From assembly GCA_965216785.1 (NCBI GenBank), contig OZ244197.1, positions 32,001 through 96,000 on the forward strand: 64,000 nt of DNA, given 5' to 3'. A program made the position numbers and the translations under genes. Source of the stretch: Thermodesulfobacteriota bacterium. GTDB lineage: Bacteria > Desulfobacterota_D > UBA1144 > Nemesobacterales > UBA2774. Under the pieces are notes generated by a model. The model ran no database searches, was not told the origin of the DNA, and saw only the letters and a program-made list of their open reading frames with translations. This document shows, piece after piece, positions 10,210-21,115 of the stretch; position 1 is the stretch's first letter; each line of letters opens with the position of its first letter.

Positions 10210-11520
10210 CTATCTCCCAAACGCCCCACCTATGAAAAACCCGTCCTTTATGGACTCGGCAATGCCTTGGAACACCCACCTGCCATAGCGGCCTATCTGA
10301 TAGACTCCTTTTTTCTCAAGCTCTTTTATGGCATCTTCGCGCCAGCTGGAACCCGGCATAGACCAAGTGTAAGCAACGTCTATCCACGTAGGGTCTACAG
10401 TCTCGGCTTTGGTAATAAATCCCCAGGATTTAAGCTCTTTTACTACGGAGTCTGAGTATTTTTTGATCTCTTTTGCGCTTGGCTTTTTACCGTTTTGGTA
10501 GGCTTTTTCAACATATATGCTCACTCGGTTATTGGCTTTCCTTGAACTTTTGGGCATAAAAGAAACATCTACATTTGTATAGAACCCAACCCTGTGAAAC
10601 TTGGAATCGCTATCTGGGATGTAGAGCCAGTGATCCTCGGGACATTTTCTGCCTTTAGTAGCGCCGATATTGAGTACCAGAACCGAAGTGTAATTGGATG
10701 GCTCCTGATCGATTTTTACTCCCGCCATCTCCATAGCTTTATTTAGCGGCAGGGTAGATATAAGGCTTTTATAATGCGATCCCGAGCCGTCTGAAAAAAT
10801 TACTTCCTTCTTCTTTGTATTTATTTCAGCTACTTGTTTGTCATAGTTTACTTTGCAGTCTGCAGCCATTTTCTGGGCCATGGTGTTAAGACCTTGCTTT
10901 GGATATAGATACGTAACGTTGTATCCGACAGCGGGTGGAGCTTTGTCCATTGCCCCCTGCACTGCCACTTTAAGATCCACAGGGGATTTATAGGCGTCCT
11001 GAGGGGCAATATCAGTCCATAGTCCTGCCGTATAGAGTTCGTGAAACGGGGCGAAGAAAAGCTCCATTAGCGTTTTTCCAAAACTCTTCTCGAGCCAGTC
11101 CCCCATTGTCCGGGGGGTACCTTCCGGAGCGTTTATAATCTCGCTGATAGCTAGTGACGCTGTCTTTTTCCCTAGGTAGCTCAAATGGTTTTGTATTGGA
11201 TATGGAACATAAAGGTCTTGTTTACTAAAATAGACTGCCGATTTTCTCTTGTACGATTTAACCGGAGTAAGTGATTTAATATAACGCAGTATCGCGGGGT
11301 CGCCGCCGAAAATCCAGTGTCCCCCGCCTATCTCGAACCTGTAGGCTTCCTCATCTTCAGGCGCTTTAAAGAGCTTCTTATTGCTCCCTGGTTTTAAATA
11401 ATACGAAGAGCAGATTCCACCCGGCACGTCCTGTGCTTCAAATACCGGCAGACCGGAAACAAGTCCCGCGGCAAGACCCGTAATCCCGCCGCCTAAAATT
11501 AGATTGTTAGAGTTTTTCAC
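10210..11520 (-). CDS. FAD-dependent oxidoreductase (protoporphyrinogen oxidase / UDP-galactopyranose mutase-like)
   Basis: GGGITGLAAG Rossmann motif, FEA..PGG, GGHWIF, C-terminal GRYGRW. Confidence 0.7.
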   Translation of the reverse strand: MKNSNNLILGGGITGLAAGLVSGLPVFEAQDVPGGICSSYYLKPGSNKKLFKAPEDEEAYRFEIGGGHWIFGGDPAILRYIKSLTPVKSYKRKSAVYFSKQDLYVPYPIQNHLSYLGKKTASLAISEIINAPEGTPRTMGDWLEKSFGKTLMELFFAPFHELYTAGLWTDIAPQDAYKSPVDLKVAVQGAMDKAPPAVGYNVTYLYPKQGLNTMAQKMAADCKVNYDKQVAEINTKKKEVIFSDGSGSHYKSLISTLPLNKAMEMAGVKIDQEPSNYTSVLVLNIGATKGRKCPEDHWLYIPDSDSKFHRVGFYTNVDVSFMPKSSRKANNRVSIYVEKAYQNGKKPSAKEIKKYSDSVVKELKSWGFITKAETVDPTWIDVAYTWSMPGSSWREDAIKELEKKGVYQIGRYGRWVFQGIAESIKDGFFIGGAFGR

Positions 11521-11636
11521 TTTAATTTTTTCCGTCCTCCATAAAAGTTAGATCAATATATAACATGTTTAAGCCAAAGATTACAAATTTCGCACGTACA
11601 CAAAATTTGGCAGAGCGGCCAGCAGTACTTTCAGAG

Positions 11637-13628
11637 CTAGATTACCGCTGTAATATTTCCCCACTTATCTACTTCACATTTATATTCAGGTGTAATAAAT
11701 AGGGTCGAGGTTTTCTCTAGTACAATTGCAGGACCTCTGAATTTAAATCCCGGGTAAAACTCCTCCCTCCTATATATCTTAGCGTTTATTTCTTTGCCGC
11801 TTAAAATAAGAGTGCTTTTGATAAAGCTCGCTTTTCTCTTTGTTGCTATAAGCTCGGGCTGTGCGAGTTTCTTTTTCTTGCTGACTGCTCTTAAACGGAG
11901 TGTGACGACCTCGGTTTCACTTTCGGTCTTCATATATCCAAATAGCTTTTTGTGCTTTTTATGGAATGCTCTTATGAAATTCTTACCGAAGGGTATTGTA
12001 ATTTCATGGGCCTGCCTCTTATATCTCATATCGAGAAAGCGCTCGAATTTTAACTTGCCGCCCCCTATATCATCTTGAGCTTTACGCTCTAATTGTTTGA
12101 AACTCCCTTGAATTTTAGAGAGCGTTGCCTGTTTCTCAGTTAAGAATCTAGTTAAACTGTAGTCCCTGAACGTATCCGCCATAAGCATACCCATAGCGGA
12201 CAAAACTCCCGGGTCTTTTGGAAATATCACGGTGTTAATCTCCATATCCCGGGCAAGCTCGCACGAGTGAAGACCTCCAGCTCCGCCAAAAGATACAAGG
12301 GCAAAATCCCTTGGATCGTAACCCCTGCCAATCGAGATAACCCGAAGCGCCCTTTCCATGTTTGCGTTTGCTACCTTGATAACACCTTCGGACACTTCAC
12401 GAATAGTCATTTTCAGATCTCTGGCGAGCTTACCTAGCGCAGTTTTAGACTTAGATAGATAAATCCTCATCTGCCCTCCGAGAAACCATTTCGGATCAAT
12501 CCTGCCAAGAACGACATTTGCATCCGTTACAGTCGGGAAAGAACCCTTACCATAACAGGCCGGTCCGGGATCGGCGCCCGCGCTTTCGGGACCTACTTTA
12601 AGCACTCCCCCAGAATCAACATAGGCAATTGAGCCTCCTCCCGCCCCAATTGTCGTGACATCAATCATAGGGACTTTGATGGCAACTCCGTCAATGTGCA
12701 TCTCTGTAGTAAACCCTGGAGCGTTGTCACAGAGGGAAACGTCTGTTGACGTTCCTCCCATATCGTAACCAATAACCTTGCTATAACCCATTTCCCTAGC
12801 GACTCCGAAGCTCCCTACTACGCCCCCCGCGGGACCTGAAAGAAGTATCCTCACGGGTTCATCCGCCGCTTGATCGGGTGTTATGACACCACCGCTTGAC
12901 TGCATAATAGATACCTGGTTCTTATTTTGGCCATTCCCAAGCTTTTTATCCAGGTTATTGTTTTTGTTGATGTTTTCTGAGAGAGCAGTCATATAAGACC
13001 TTACTTTTGGAAGGAGATAAGAGTTTGCGACAACAGTTGAGGTCCTCTCATATTCCCTGAACTCAGGCAGTATCTCCGATGAAACTGAGACCGGTATATT
13101 GAGGCTTCTCAAATACTCCGCTACTCTCTTTTCATTTTCGGGATTCGCGTAGGAATGTAGAAATGATAGCGCAATACCTTCTACTCGGAGCTCCTTAAGT
13201 TTAATAAGAAGCTTTTTTAAATCAGCCGCTTTAACCTCTAATTCGACTCTACCCTCAAAAGTGGTTCTTTCCTTTATTCCCAACCTGCAGTTTTTGTCCA
13301 CTAGCGGCTTTGGAGCTTCCCAGAAAATATCGTAGAGCTCACCCCTGTTCTGTCTTCCGATTTCGATTACGTCTTCGAATCCCTCAGTTGTAATGAGCGC
13401 AAGACGCGCGCCTTTTCTCTCAAGAAGGGCATTTGTTGCAACAGTGCTTCCGTGGACAATGTTTAGCCCTACTCCTCGGGTATCGCCCTCAGTAATGTGT
13501 GCGAGCCCCGACAAGATAGCCTTTGAGGGATCTTCAGGGGTTGATGGTACTTTATAAGTTCGGAGCTCCGAGCCGTCATATACAACGAAGTCTGTAAATG
13601 TCCCTCCGGTATCTATGCCGATAAGCAT
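11637..13628 (-). CDS. Hydantoinase/oxoprolinase family, subunit A
   Basis: [48 protein letters not shown]. Confidence 0.9.
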   Translation of the reverse strand: MLIGIDTGGTFTDFVVYDGSELRTYKVPSTPEDPSKAILSGLAHITEGDTRGVGLNIVHGSTVATNALLERKGARLALITTEGFEDVIEIGRQNRGELYDIFWEAPKPLVDKNCRLGIKERTTFEGRVELEVKAADLKKLLIKLKELRVEGIALSFLHSYANPENEKRVAEYLRSLNIPVSVSSEILPEFREYERTSTVVANSYLLPKVRSYMTALSENINKNNNLDKKLGNGQNKNQVSIMQSSGGVITPDQAADEPVRILLSGPAGGVVGSFGVAREMGYSKVIGYDMGGTSTDVSLCDNAPGFTTEMHIDGVAIKVPMIDVTTIGAGGGSIAYVDSGGVLKVGPESAGADPGPACYGKGSFPTVTDANVVLGRIDPKWFLGGQMRIYLSKSKTALGKLARDLKMTIREVSEGVIKVANANMERALRVISIGRGYDPRDFALVSFGGAGGLHSCELARDMEINTVIFPKDPGVLSAMGMLMADTFRDYSLTRFLTEKQATLSKIQGSFKQLERKAQDDIGGGKLKFERFLDMRYKRQAHEITIPFGKNFIRAFHKKHKKLFGYMKTESETEVVTLRLRAVSKKKKLAQPELIATKRKASFIKSTLILSGKEINAKIYRREEFYPGFKFRGPAIVLEKTSTLFITPEYKCEVDKWGNITAVI

Positions 13629-13763
13629 TTAGGTATATAGACTCCTCTTATTCAGATTCTAGTAAGGAGAATCTCTGTATTACAAGTATTATTAGAAGTA
13701 TTAAATCGAAATTTAGTAGGGAACAGATCAGAAAGTACATTCCTTAATCAGTTCGAAGGAAAT

Positions 13764-13973
13764 CTAATATTCGTCCTGACCTACAGGGTATACAACTTTA
13801 ACTTTATCCTCTGCAATCTCTCTTAAAGCTGTAACAACGTCCTTATTGTCAGTTTCTTCAGAAAGAGGAACAGCACCTTTAACCAGGAGTCTCGCTCTTT
13901 TCATCGCCGCTACAGATAGTGCGAATCTGTTAACAACCTTCTCTAAACAATCTTCAATGGTTACTCTTGCCAT
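13764..13973 (-). CDS. rpoZ: RNA polymerase omega subunit
   Basis: [19 protein letters not shown]...KRAR...ALREIA. Confidence 0.95.
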   Translation of the reverse strand: MARVTIEDCLEKVVNRFALSVAAMKRARLLVKGAVPLSEETDNKDVVTALREIAEDKVKVVYPVGQDEY

Positions 13974-14105
13974 TTGTATTCCTCTCAGTAGGGGGTTTTT
14001 ATTACTACTAAAATATAAGTGAATACAGCAGATATGTAAAGAGACTGGGCCGTGGTCTCGGAATTAGCCCATTATTTAGTTAATATTACATCCGGAGGTA
14101 ATAAA

Positions 14106-14771
14106 ATGGATTTAGATGATATCAAGTTTGACGATAAAGGCCTGGTTCCCGTAATAGTACAGGACGCCGGTAACGGACAGGTGCTAATGTTTGCCTACGC
14201 GAACAAAGAATCACTTCAAAAAACAGTAGAGACCGGAAATACTCATTTCTGGAGCCGCTCCCGGGAAAAGCTCTGGATGAAGGGGGAAGAATCGGGAAAC
14301 ACGCAAACTGTAAAAGCCATGTATATAGACTGCGATAACGACACAGTACTGGTAGAGGTGGAGCAAAAAGGGGTTGCATGCCACACGGGACAACGCACAT
14401 GTTTTTACCGATCAGCTAAAAAGGTAGAAGAAAGTGCTCCTAGCTTTGTAGAAGACTCAGCAGGAAAAACCCTCCGGGATGTATACAACGTCATAGACGA
14501 TAGAAAGCGCAACCCTAAAGAAGGCTCGTACGTGAGCGGACTCTTTGAGAAGGGGCTTGATAAAATACTAAAGAAAGTAGGCGAAGAAGCGGCAGAAGTT
14601 ATAATCGCTTCAAAGAACAGTGATAAAAAAGAGATTATTTACGAGACCGCGGACCTATGGTTTCACTCCTTGATTACGCTCTCATATGCCGAAATCTCTC
14701 CCGAGGATATATATGGGGAGCTAGGCAGAAGGTTCGGAAAGCCCAAGGAAGCCTACAGAGAAGAATCTTGA
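14106..14771 (+). CDS. hisIE: Bifunctional phosphoribosyl-AMP cyclohydrolase / phosphoribosyl-ATP pyrophosphatase
   Basis: [38 protein letters not shown], EtADLWFH; GGAGG RBS before ATG 14106. Confidence 0.93.
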   Translation: MDLDDIKFDDKGLVPVIVQDAGNGQVLMFAYANKESLQKTVETGNTHFWSRSREKLWMKGEESGNTQTVKAMYIDCDNDTVLVEVEQKGVACHTGQRTCFYRSAKKVEESAPSFVEDSAGKTLRDVYNVIDDRKRNPKEGSYVSGLFEKGLDKILKKVGEEAAEVIIASKNSDKKEIIYETADLWFHSLITLSYAEISPEDIYGELGRRFGKPKEAYREES

Positions 14772-14778
14772 TAGTATT

Positions 14779-16548
14779 CTACTGCTCAGGATATAGACTA
14801 GGCAGCCTTTCCGATCTATAAACTGTCCATCCGTTCATATTCTCGGGATTATCATCCTCTATAGATAGGTCAAAAACCTTCTCAGCCGGTGTTGTATGAG
14901 TTACTTCGATTATGCGTGGTGTGGTTATTGCTGTTGCAATATTATCTGTAGGAACACCTTCAGCATCCTTAGCAACACCTCCGTGAGTGATCAGCACATT
15001 ACCAGTTACAGGCATATAGTCCGCATCGCCAATGAAAGGAGCGTAAAGTATTTCATCCGCAAATTCCCCGAATTCCCAAACCTGCTCTATCTCCATGTTG
15101 TCCAGATCAAGTGAGTATTCCACAGCTCTACTGAAGTTTTCTGACGCGGGGACAGTCTCATCAAAAGGACTTGCTTTCAAATTACCGTTATCGTATATCA
15201 ATATATTTCCGTTAGGCAATACCATAGGTGCATGCTGGTGAAATTGCCAAAGGAAATTCAGTCCGATAGGGTCAAAAAGTAAGTCACCAAAAATATCTGT
15301 ATCCCAGTTAGCATGGGTACCTATTATCCAAGACAGGTCTCCAGTTGCTCTGTCGAATTTGATTACAGCGTCTTGGTGTCTCAAGGAGACAATAATAGAA
15401 TCATCGGATGGATCATATATAACGGCATTTCCATGGCTCCAATCCTTGGTTCCTTGCTCGAATTCAGGAAAGGTCGCATTCCAAAAACCTAAAAGGGAAT
15501 TATATCCTATTCTGAAAGGGTCCAGCATTTCCAGAATAGACCATTCATTTACAATAGTCCCATCTGTTGAGAGCTCTAAAACAGTATCCCCCGCAACAAA
15601 AGCACTCTCAGTCGGGGCTAACGGATCGGTATCACTAGCAGGAAAATTGTCTATTAAAATTACTTCAACGCCTAGTGTAAGTAAATTGCCATTTGGCATC
15701 TCGAACACTTCATGGTGAAACACATCAGTATTTACGACAATACTGTCAGGACCTGCCGTACTACTTAACAGTGTATGCCATTGTCTTACAATATCTCCCA
15801 ACATATTAATTTCAGTAATAGTACTATTACTTTCAATAAATAGAATGTTTCCATTTGATATTCGGGTAACATCACCGTAAGCAACATCATCAAACCTTTT
15901 GTACCAAACGACATCACCTTGTGCATTTACAGCTACTAAAAAAGAGCCTAATTCCGTGTTAGCCACACGTGGTCTCAGAGGAAATATCGTAACACCAGGC
16001 TCCATCATCTCAGGATTACTTGTTACCTCGATCGGGGGGAAACCCTCCGGCAATGGATCGGTGTCTACTAAGATTGGCTGATCAAACTGAGTTTGGTTTC
16101 CGAATGCGTCGCTTACAGTGATCTGAAGCATAAAACTGCCGTCCGGAGTAAAACCTAAAATCGGAAGTGAGTGCTCAATAGCCCGATCATCAAACTCAAT
16201 TGTCAATGACTCGAATGCGCCTCTATTTAGAGTTGTAGTAGTTGTTGTAGCTTCGGTGATTGTAACGCTCACAGATGTAGGCTCATCTGTTCCAAGCTCG
16301 AGCAGTCCCGCAAGCGGGGTGTCCGGGTTGGGCGCCAAAGTGAATATAGGCTGGGACGTGAAAACAGGAGCGGTGTTATCATTTTCTATATTAGAAGAGT
16401 CACCGGATGCGGCATCTCCTTCAAACCCATTGAAATTATCGTCACAGCCTGCAGCCAACAGGATTAATGCAAGAACTGGCACTAATACAATGTAACGATT
16501 AGATAACCTCAGAATATTAAAAAAGTGTAATACTCCGTATTGACCCAT
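14779..16548 (-). CDS. Aryl-sulfate sulfotransferase family lipoprotein
   Basis: LAAGC lipobox; FHHE, DWSHGNA, SLRHQ, QHAP, DNGN, SRAVEY, YRSER motifs. Confidence 0.8.
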   Translation of the reverse strand: MGQYGVLHFFNILRLSNRYIVLVPVLALILLAAGCDDNFNGFEGDAASGDSSNIENDNTAPVFTSQPIFTLAPNPDTPLAGLLELGTDEPTSVSVTITEATTTTTTLNRGAFESLTIEFDDRAIEHSLPILGFTPDGSFMLQITVSDAFGNQTQFDQPILVDTDPLPEGFPPIEVTSNPEMMEPGVTIFPLRPRVANTELGSFLVAVNAQGDVVWYKRFDDVAYGDVTRISNGNILFIESNSTITEINMLGDIVRQWHTLLSSTAGPDSIVVNTDVFHHEVFEMPNGNLLTLGVEVILIDNFPASDTDPLAPTESAFVAGDTVLELSTDGTIVNEWSILEMLDPFRIGYNSLLGFWNATFPEFEQGTKDWSHGNAVIYDPSDDSIIVSLRHQDAVIKFDRATGDLSWIIGTHANWDTDIFGDLLFDPIGLNFLWQFHQHAPMVLPNGNILIYDNGNLKASPFDETVPASENFSRAVEYSLDLDNMEIEQVWEFGEFADEILYAPFIGDADYMPVTGNVLITHGGVAKDAEGVPTDNIATAITTPRIIEVTHTTPAEKVFDLSIEDDNPENMNGWTVYRSERLPSLYPEQ

Positions 16549-16615
16549 TTATCCTTCCTCCTTTATCAATCAATAATACCTTATTTCGGAAATTCTACTC
16601 AGCTATTTTTTATTC

Positions 16616-17101
16616 TTATCTATTTTTCTTAGGCCTGTCCTTCTCTTCTATATACTCACCTATCTTAGTATTTCTTCTGACCGAGGGGGGAAGGTTGGAA
16701 AGGTCCGGTTTTGGCATATTAGTTGAAAGATCGCTCGTAAAAGCAAAACTAGAGACGACCTTCTCAACTTTCTTAGTGTCGCAAAACGGGCACCTGACTT
16801 TATTCTCGTCCTTATCTTCATAGATAAGCTCGGAAAAACGATAGTTCTTCCCTAGATTGAAAAACACCAGAGTCGTTCCTTCATTAAGATAAAAATCCAA
16901 ATCGACAGCGTCTTTATCACGCTTACCGTGTTCACCCAAGATTGTTTCTTTCTCCGTATCATAAACTACTACATGATTTATATTGTCATACTTCTTAACC
17001 AGCTCGGATACGGTTTTTTTATTCGCTTTATTAGCAATTGACTTCAAAGAATCATCTACGTTTTTCCTGCATACCGTGCATTCATATTCAAATAGCGGCA
17101 T
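16616..17101 (-). CDS. FmdB-like zinc-ribbon protein with large insertion
   Basis: MPLFEYECTVC ... FSELIY ... CPFC ... KVVSSF. Confidence 0.6.
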   Translation of the reverse strand: MPLFEYECTVCRKNVDDSLKSIANKANKKTVSELVKKYDNINHVVVYDTEKETILGEHGKRDKDAVDLDFYLNEGTTLVFFNLGKNYRFSELIYEDKDENKVRCPFCDTKKVEKVVSSFAFTSDLSTNMPKPDLSNLPPSVRRNTKIGEYIEEKDRPKKNR

Positions 17102-17119
17102 CTCACTCCTCCGGATCTA

Positions 17120-17623
17120 TTATCTATTGAAATATTGATTCAGATGGTCCTGACCTACCCAATCGTTTCGCTGCTCTTCATCTTTTTGCTGCTTATACTC
17201 TAAATGCCATTGGAGCTCGTCCCCTGGACCGGGCGCCCTTTTACTTTTATCCTCGAATATGGCTTTAAACGTCGAGAACACTCTCTGAAGACCCTTGCCG
17301 TCACATATCGGGCACCTGAGCTTTTTTTCATCCTTCTTGTCGTAAATTAGCTCGCTGAATCTAAAATTCTTGAGCTCAAGATAAAGGACCTTTTTGTTTT
17401 CAAGAGTATATTTAAATCTTCTTAGCGTCCTGCTATCACTTTTTTCGCCCAAGGCGAAAAGGGGCTTTTTCTTCTTCCCTTCTGTTACTTCTATATAAGT
17501 GAACCCATCGTTACTTTTCTTAATCCTGGACGCATTGGTCTTGTTGAGTTTCTCTACAAGGGTGTCAATGTCTCTGTTATACCTCTCTATGCACTCTTCG
17601 CATTCATATTCAAATAGCGGCAT
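17120..17623 (-). CDS. FmdB-like zinc-ribbon protein with large insertion (paralog)
   Basis: MPLFEYECEEC ... FSELIY ... CPIC ... RVFSTF. Confidence 0.6.
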   Translation of the reverse strand: MPLFEYECEECIERYNRDIDTLVEKLNKTNASRIKKSNDGFTYIEVTEGKKKKPLFALGEKSDSRTLRRFKYTLENKKVLYLELKNFRFSELIYDKKDEKKLRCPICDGKGLQRVFSTFKAIFEDKSKRAPGPGDELQWHLEYKQQKDEEQRNDWVGQDHLNQYFNR

Positions 17624-17776
17624 TATGTCACTCTCCTAATTCGGTAGAGAAATAATAATAACTCAAATTTTAGGTTTGCTCTAGTTATACGTAACCCGGA
17701 CGCAGTGGATTTGACAAAATATCCCCTGCTCAGATACTAATCCAATAACCCCTTATTAAGTATATCGGAAAAAATT

Positions 17777-18568
17777 ATGTCTGTTACAGATGAGCTGATA
17801 GTTGAAGAAAAAGGCGCCATATGCACGCTCAGATTTAATAGAGCAGAGAAGAGGAATTTGCTCACCCCCCAAATGCTGCTTGAGCTTAAGAGCACTTTTG
17901 AGAGACTGGCAGAAGAGAACAGGGTTAGATGTGTCGTTATTACCGGGACGGGGGATAAAGCGTTTTCCTCTGGCTATGATATATCTGCAATTGGGGAAGA
18001 CGATATGATCAGAAACCATGAGGGAGAAAACCCTCTTCCTTTGGCGGCAAGAGCTATTGAAAATTTCCCATACCCAGTGATCGCCATGATGAACGGGCAC
18101 GCATTCGGAGCCGGTCTTGAGATAGCCGTAACGAGCGACATTAGGGTCCTAGCACAAGGCTCTCTATTGGGCATGCCCCCGGCAAAGCTCGGTGTTGTTT
18201 ATTCGTACAGAGGTGTAAAAAAATTCCTGAACCTAATCGGACCCGGATACACAAAAGAGCTCTTTCTTATCGGTAAAGCAATCAACGCAGAGAGAGCTGA
18301 AGCTATGGGGCTTGTGAACTATTTGGTACCAGCAACCGAGTTAGAAAAATTTACTTACAGCCTGGCTGAGGAGATTTCGGAAAACGCTCCTCTATCGCTT
18401 AAGGCTCTTAAGGAAATGACAAAAGTCTGGGAAAGAAAAAAGATTGTGAGTCCGACTGATGAGTCGCTTTTAAGAGAGATGATATTAGATGTACAGAACA
18501 GCGCCGACTATAAAGAGGGGCAGAGGTCATTCTCCGAGAAGAGAAAGCCAAAATTTAAGGGGGAGTAG
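17777..18568 (+). CDS. Enoyl-CoA hydratase/isomerase family
   Basis: NRAEKRNLL, KAFSSGYD, PVIAMMNGHAFGAGLE, DYKEG..SF.EKRKP.F. Confidence 0.9.
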   Translation: MSVTDELIVEEKGAICTLRFNRAEKRNLLTPQMLLELKSTFERLAEENRVRCVVITGTGDKAFSSGYDISAIGEDDMIRNHEGENPLPLAARAIENFPYPVIAMMNGHAFGAGLEIAVTSDIRVLAQGSLLGMPPAKLGVVYSYRGVKKFLNLIGPGYTKELFLIGKAINAERAEAMGLVNYLVPATELEKFTYSLAEEISENAPLSLKALKEMTKVWERKKIVSPTDESLLREMILDVQNSADYKEGQRSFSEKRKPKFKGE

Positions 18569-18640
18569 ATAGATTGCGAAGCCAGCCATTTCTAAGACTA
18601 ATAATTAACCCATTTAACAACTCTTAATAATATATAATTC

Positions 18641-19537
18641 TCATTTGCCGTAGCCGAATTCACTAATAATACTATCTCTTTCAGTCCACTTATCGCTTAC
18701 TTTAACCCAGAGCTCGAGGAAAACTTTTGTGCCGAGTATGCGCTCAATGTCAGCTCTTGCTAGGCTGCCGATTTCCTTAAGCATCTCACCGTTTTTACCG
18801 ATGATTATACCTTTATGGTTTTTCCTCTCTACATAAACCACGGCGGATATTCGTACCAGATTCTGATCAGGCACGTCCGTAAATTCTTCGATCTGGACCG
18901 CAGCCGAATAAGGTATTTCCTTATGCGTAAGCTGGAAGATCTTTTCCCGTATGAGCTCCGCCGCAAGGAACCTCTCGGGCTGATCCGTGTACATATCCCC
19001 GGGGAAATATTTAGGCCCCTCGGGCAAATGCTCTTCGATCACACGTACAAGCTCCAAAGTGCCGTCAGAGTTCTTCGCCGAGATGGGAATAATGTCCGAG
19101 AATTTCCCTTCGAATTCACGAGAGAGCTCGAGGATGGTGAGGATATCTTTTTTCTTAATCTTATCTATTTTATTTATAACCAGTATTGCGGGCTTGGGCA
19201 GCCTCTCTATGATAAACCTGTCACCCTTTCCGAAGGGGTTATCTACTTCTACCATCATTAGTATAACGTCCGCTTCCTGAGAGGCCGCAACCGCAGTCTG
19301 TACCATCGCTTTGCCGAGCCTGCCTCTGGCTTTGTGAATACCGGGAGTGTCAAGAAATATCATCTGTGACGTGGGAGTGGTTCTGATCCCGAGAATCTTG
19401 TTGCGTGTCGTGTTGGGTTTGTCGGAGACGGCGGCGATCTTCTCCCCTACAAGTGCGTTTATAAGCGTAGACTTGCCTACGTTCGGTCTTCCGATTACTG
19501 AGATAAACCCTGAATGAAATTTCTCTTTATCGCTCAT
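18641..19537 (-). CDS. era: GTPase Era
   Basis: GRPNVGKSTL, TTRN, DTPG, NKID, KH-domain GIIIGKNG. Confidence 0.96.
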   Translation of the reverse strand: MSDKEKFHSGFISVIGRPNVGKSTLINALVGEKIAAVSDKPNTTRNKILGIRTTPTSQMIFLDTPGIHKARGRLGKAMVQTAVAASQEADVILMMVEVDNPFGKGDRFIIERLPKPAILVINKIDKIKKKDILTILELSREFEGKFSDIIPISAKNSDGTLELVRVIEEHLPEGPKYFPGDMYTDQPERFLAAELIREKIFQLTHKEIPYSAAVQIEEFTDVPDQNLVRISAVVYVERKNHKGIIIGKNGEMLKEIGSLARADIERILGTKVFLELWVKVSDKWTERDSIISEFGYGK

Positions 19538-19558
19538 ATGATTAATCCTGCCATGACT

Positions 19559-21037
19559 CTATTCCTTTTCATATAAATATAAATTAAGCTTGCTAAAACT
19601 CCTCACAGGTTTTAAATTATAGCCCTTTAGCACATCATTTTTAACTGATTCTTCATCGATCTTTGCGAATAGACCTATAACAACCCAAAATCTATCCGGA
19701 AGTTCACTTAATGCCTCAGAAGTAAGAGGTATGAAGTGTAAATCCTCCCTACCCTGGTAATATGCCGCCGTACTTACATCGAAAGACGGATAGACGAATA
19801 CACTGTCGTTTTCCCGGGCTTTCTTTTCCACGTAGGTGACGGTCTCTCTCCATTGATGTTTTTGCGCATCGACATAGTAGATTCTGAGAGGCCATATGGA
19901 TAGTACTAGTATAACTGCAGGGATAACGACTGTGAGTCTCTTATTGTGCAAGTTGCTGATACCTTTTGCTATGAGTAGAAAAAACGCAAGAGACGAGCCA
20001 ATGATGTATCGTGTGTGAAGTATAGGAGTTGAAATATTAGATAATACAAAGGGAATAAGAATCGGCACTAGTAGCCATAGAAGAAGTAAATACATGCTGT
20101 ATACATTTGAGAGGAAGGAATTTGGAGCAGGAGCGCCTTTAATATCTAGAATATCTCGTATATGCTTCATATTGTTTATAGCTTTGTAATTGATAAACGA
20201 AAAAGCCGAAAGTACAAGAAACAAAATGAAGAGAACGTAGTCACGGCCGGAGAAATGGTAGAAGTACCTCGCAATATCAACCACTGTGGGCTCTGAAAGC
20301 CAGAAACCGCGCTGTATAGCGAGGGTGTTTTTGTACCATATTAAGAGTCCGGGGATAAATAGCAGGCCTATTATAACTTGAAGCGCTATCCACTTGGATA
20401 GTCTCAAACTGAAAACATCTCTGTTAACGAAATAGCGGGTAAAACAAAATATATTCTGCACAACCAGTATAAACACACCGTAAAAATGAGAGTACATGAG
20501 CAGCACGCTCGTTATGACATAGCCTATAATATAGAGCGGATTCGAGCCGCTTAGGGTCTTTAAAAAGAAATAAAAAGAACATAGGGTGAGGAAAGCCAAG
20601 AGACTGTATGATCTGGCTTCCTGGGAGTACTCGATATGGAAAACCGAAACCGCTAAAATTAGTGAAGCTATTAATGCCGTAGTTTTGTTAAAAACCAGTC
20701 TCCCAACTGCGTATAACACAAGAATCGAGCCTGTTCCTACGATTGCCGAGGGAAGTCTAAGCGAGAACTCCGAATGCCCGAAGAGGGAAACCCAGAAATG
20801 CATCAGCATATAGTAAAGGGGAGGATTGTTGTCGTTCTGACTAATCATCCAAGCGATGATTTCGCTAATCTTTAGCTCCGCGACCTGAGAAGTGACGACT
20901 TCATCAACCCATATGCTCTCCCCACTAAGATCATAGATCCTTAAGACGGCGCCCAGGAGTAGAATCAGTAAAAGGAGATAATTTTCTTCTATATATTTTA
21001 GTGAATGGTGGTTTTGCAAGTCGGTTTTCTCTATCAA
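19559..21037 (-). CDS. GT-C fold membrane glycosyltransferase (PMT_2/GT39-like)
   Basis: SIWVDE, NPPLYY, LRLPS, SQEARSYSL; many TM helices. Confidence 0.85.
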   Translation of the reverse strand: MIEKTDLQNHHSLKYIEENYLLLLILLLGAVLRIYDLSGESIWVDEVVTSQVAELKISEIIAWMISQNDNNPPLYYMLMHFWVSLFGHSEFSLRLPSAIVGTGSILVLYAVGRLVFNKTTALIASLILAVSVFHIEYSQEARSYSLLAFLTLCSFYFFLKTLSGSNPLYIIGYVITSVLLMYSHFYGVFILVVQNIFCFTRYFVNRDVFSLRLSKWIALQVIIGLLFIPGLLIWYKNTLAIQRGFWLSEPTVVDIARYFYHFSGRDYVLFILFLVLSAFSFINYKAINNMKHIRDILDIKGAPAPNSFLSNVYSMYLLLLWLLVPILIPFVLSNISTPILHTRYIIGSSLAFFLLIAKGISNLHNKRLTVVIPAVILVLSIWPLRIYYVDAQKHQWRETVTYVEKKARENDSVFVYPSFDVSTAAYYQGREDLHFIPLTSEALSELPDRFWVVIGLFAKIDEESVKNDVLKGYNLKPVRSFSKLNLYLYEKE

Positions 21038-21046
21038 TCTTTACCA

Positions 21047-21079
21047 CTAGTATTTATTTATTTGGGTGAGAGGTCAATT
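21047..21079 (-). promoter_or_regulatory. Duplicated upstream/promoter element (second copy 22621-22653)
   Basis: ctagtatttatttatttg(g/a)gtgagaggtcaatt precedes both GT-C paralogs; the minus strand reads TTGACC-17bp-AATACT. Confidence 0.65.
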
Positions 21080-21115
21080 TCAGGATTAAATCAGAAACTA
21101 AGATATTCTTAAAAC

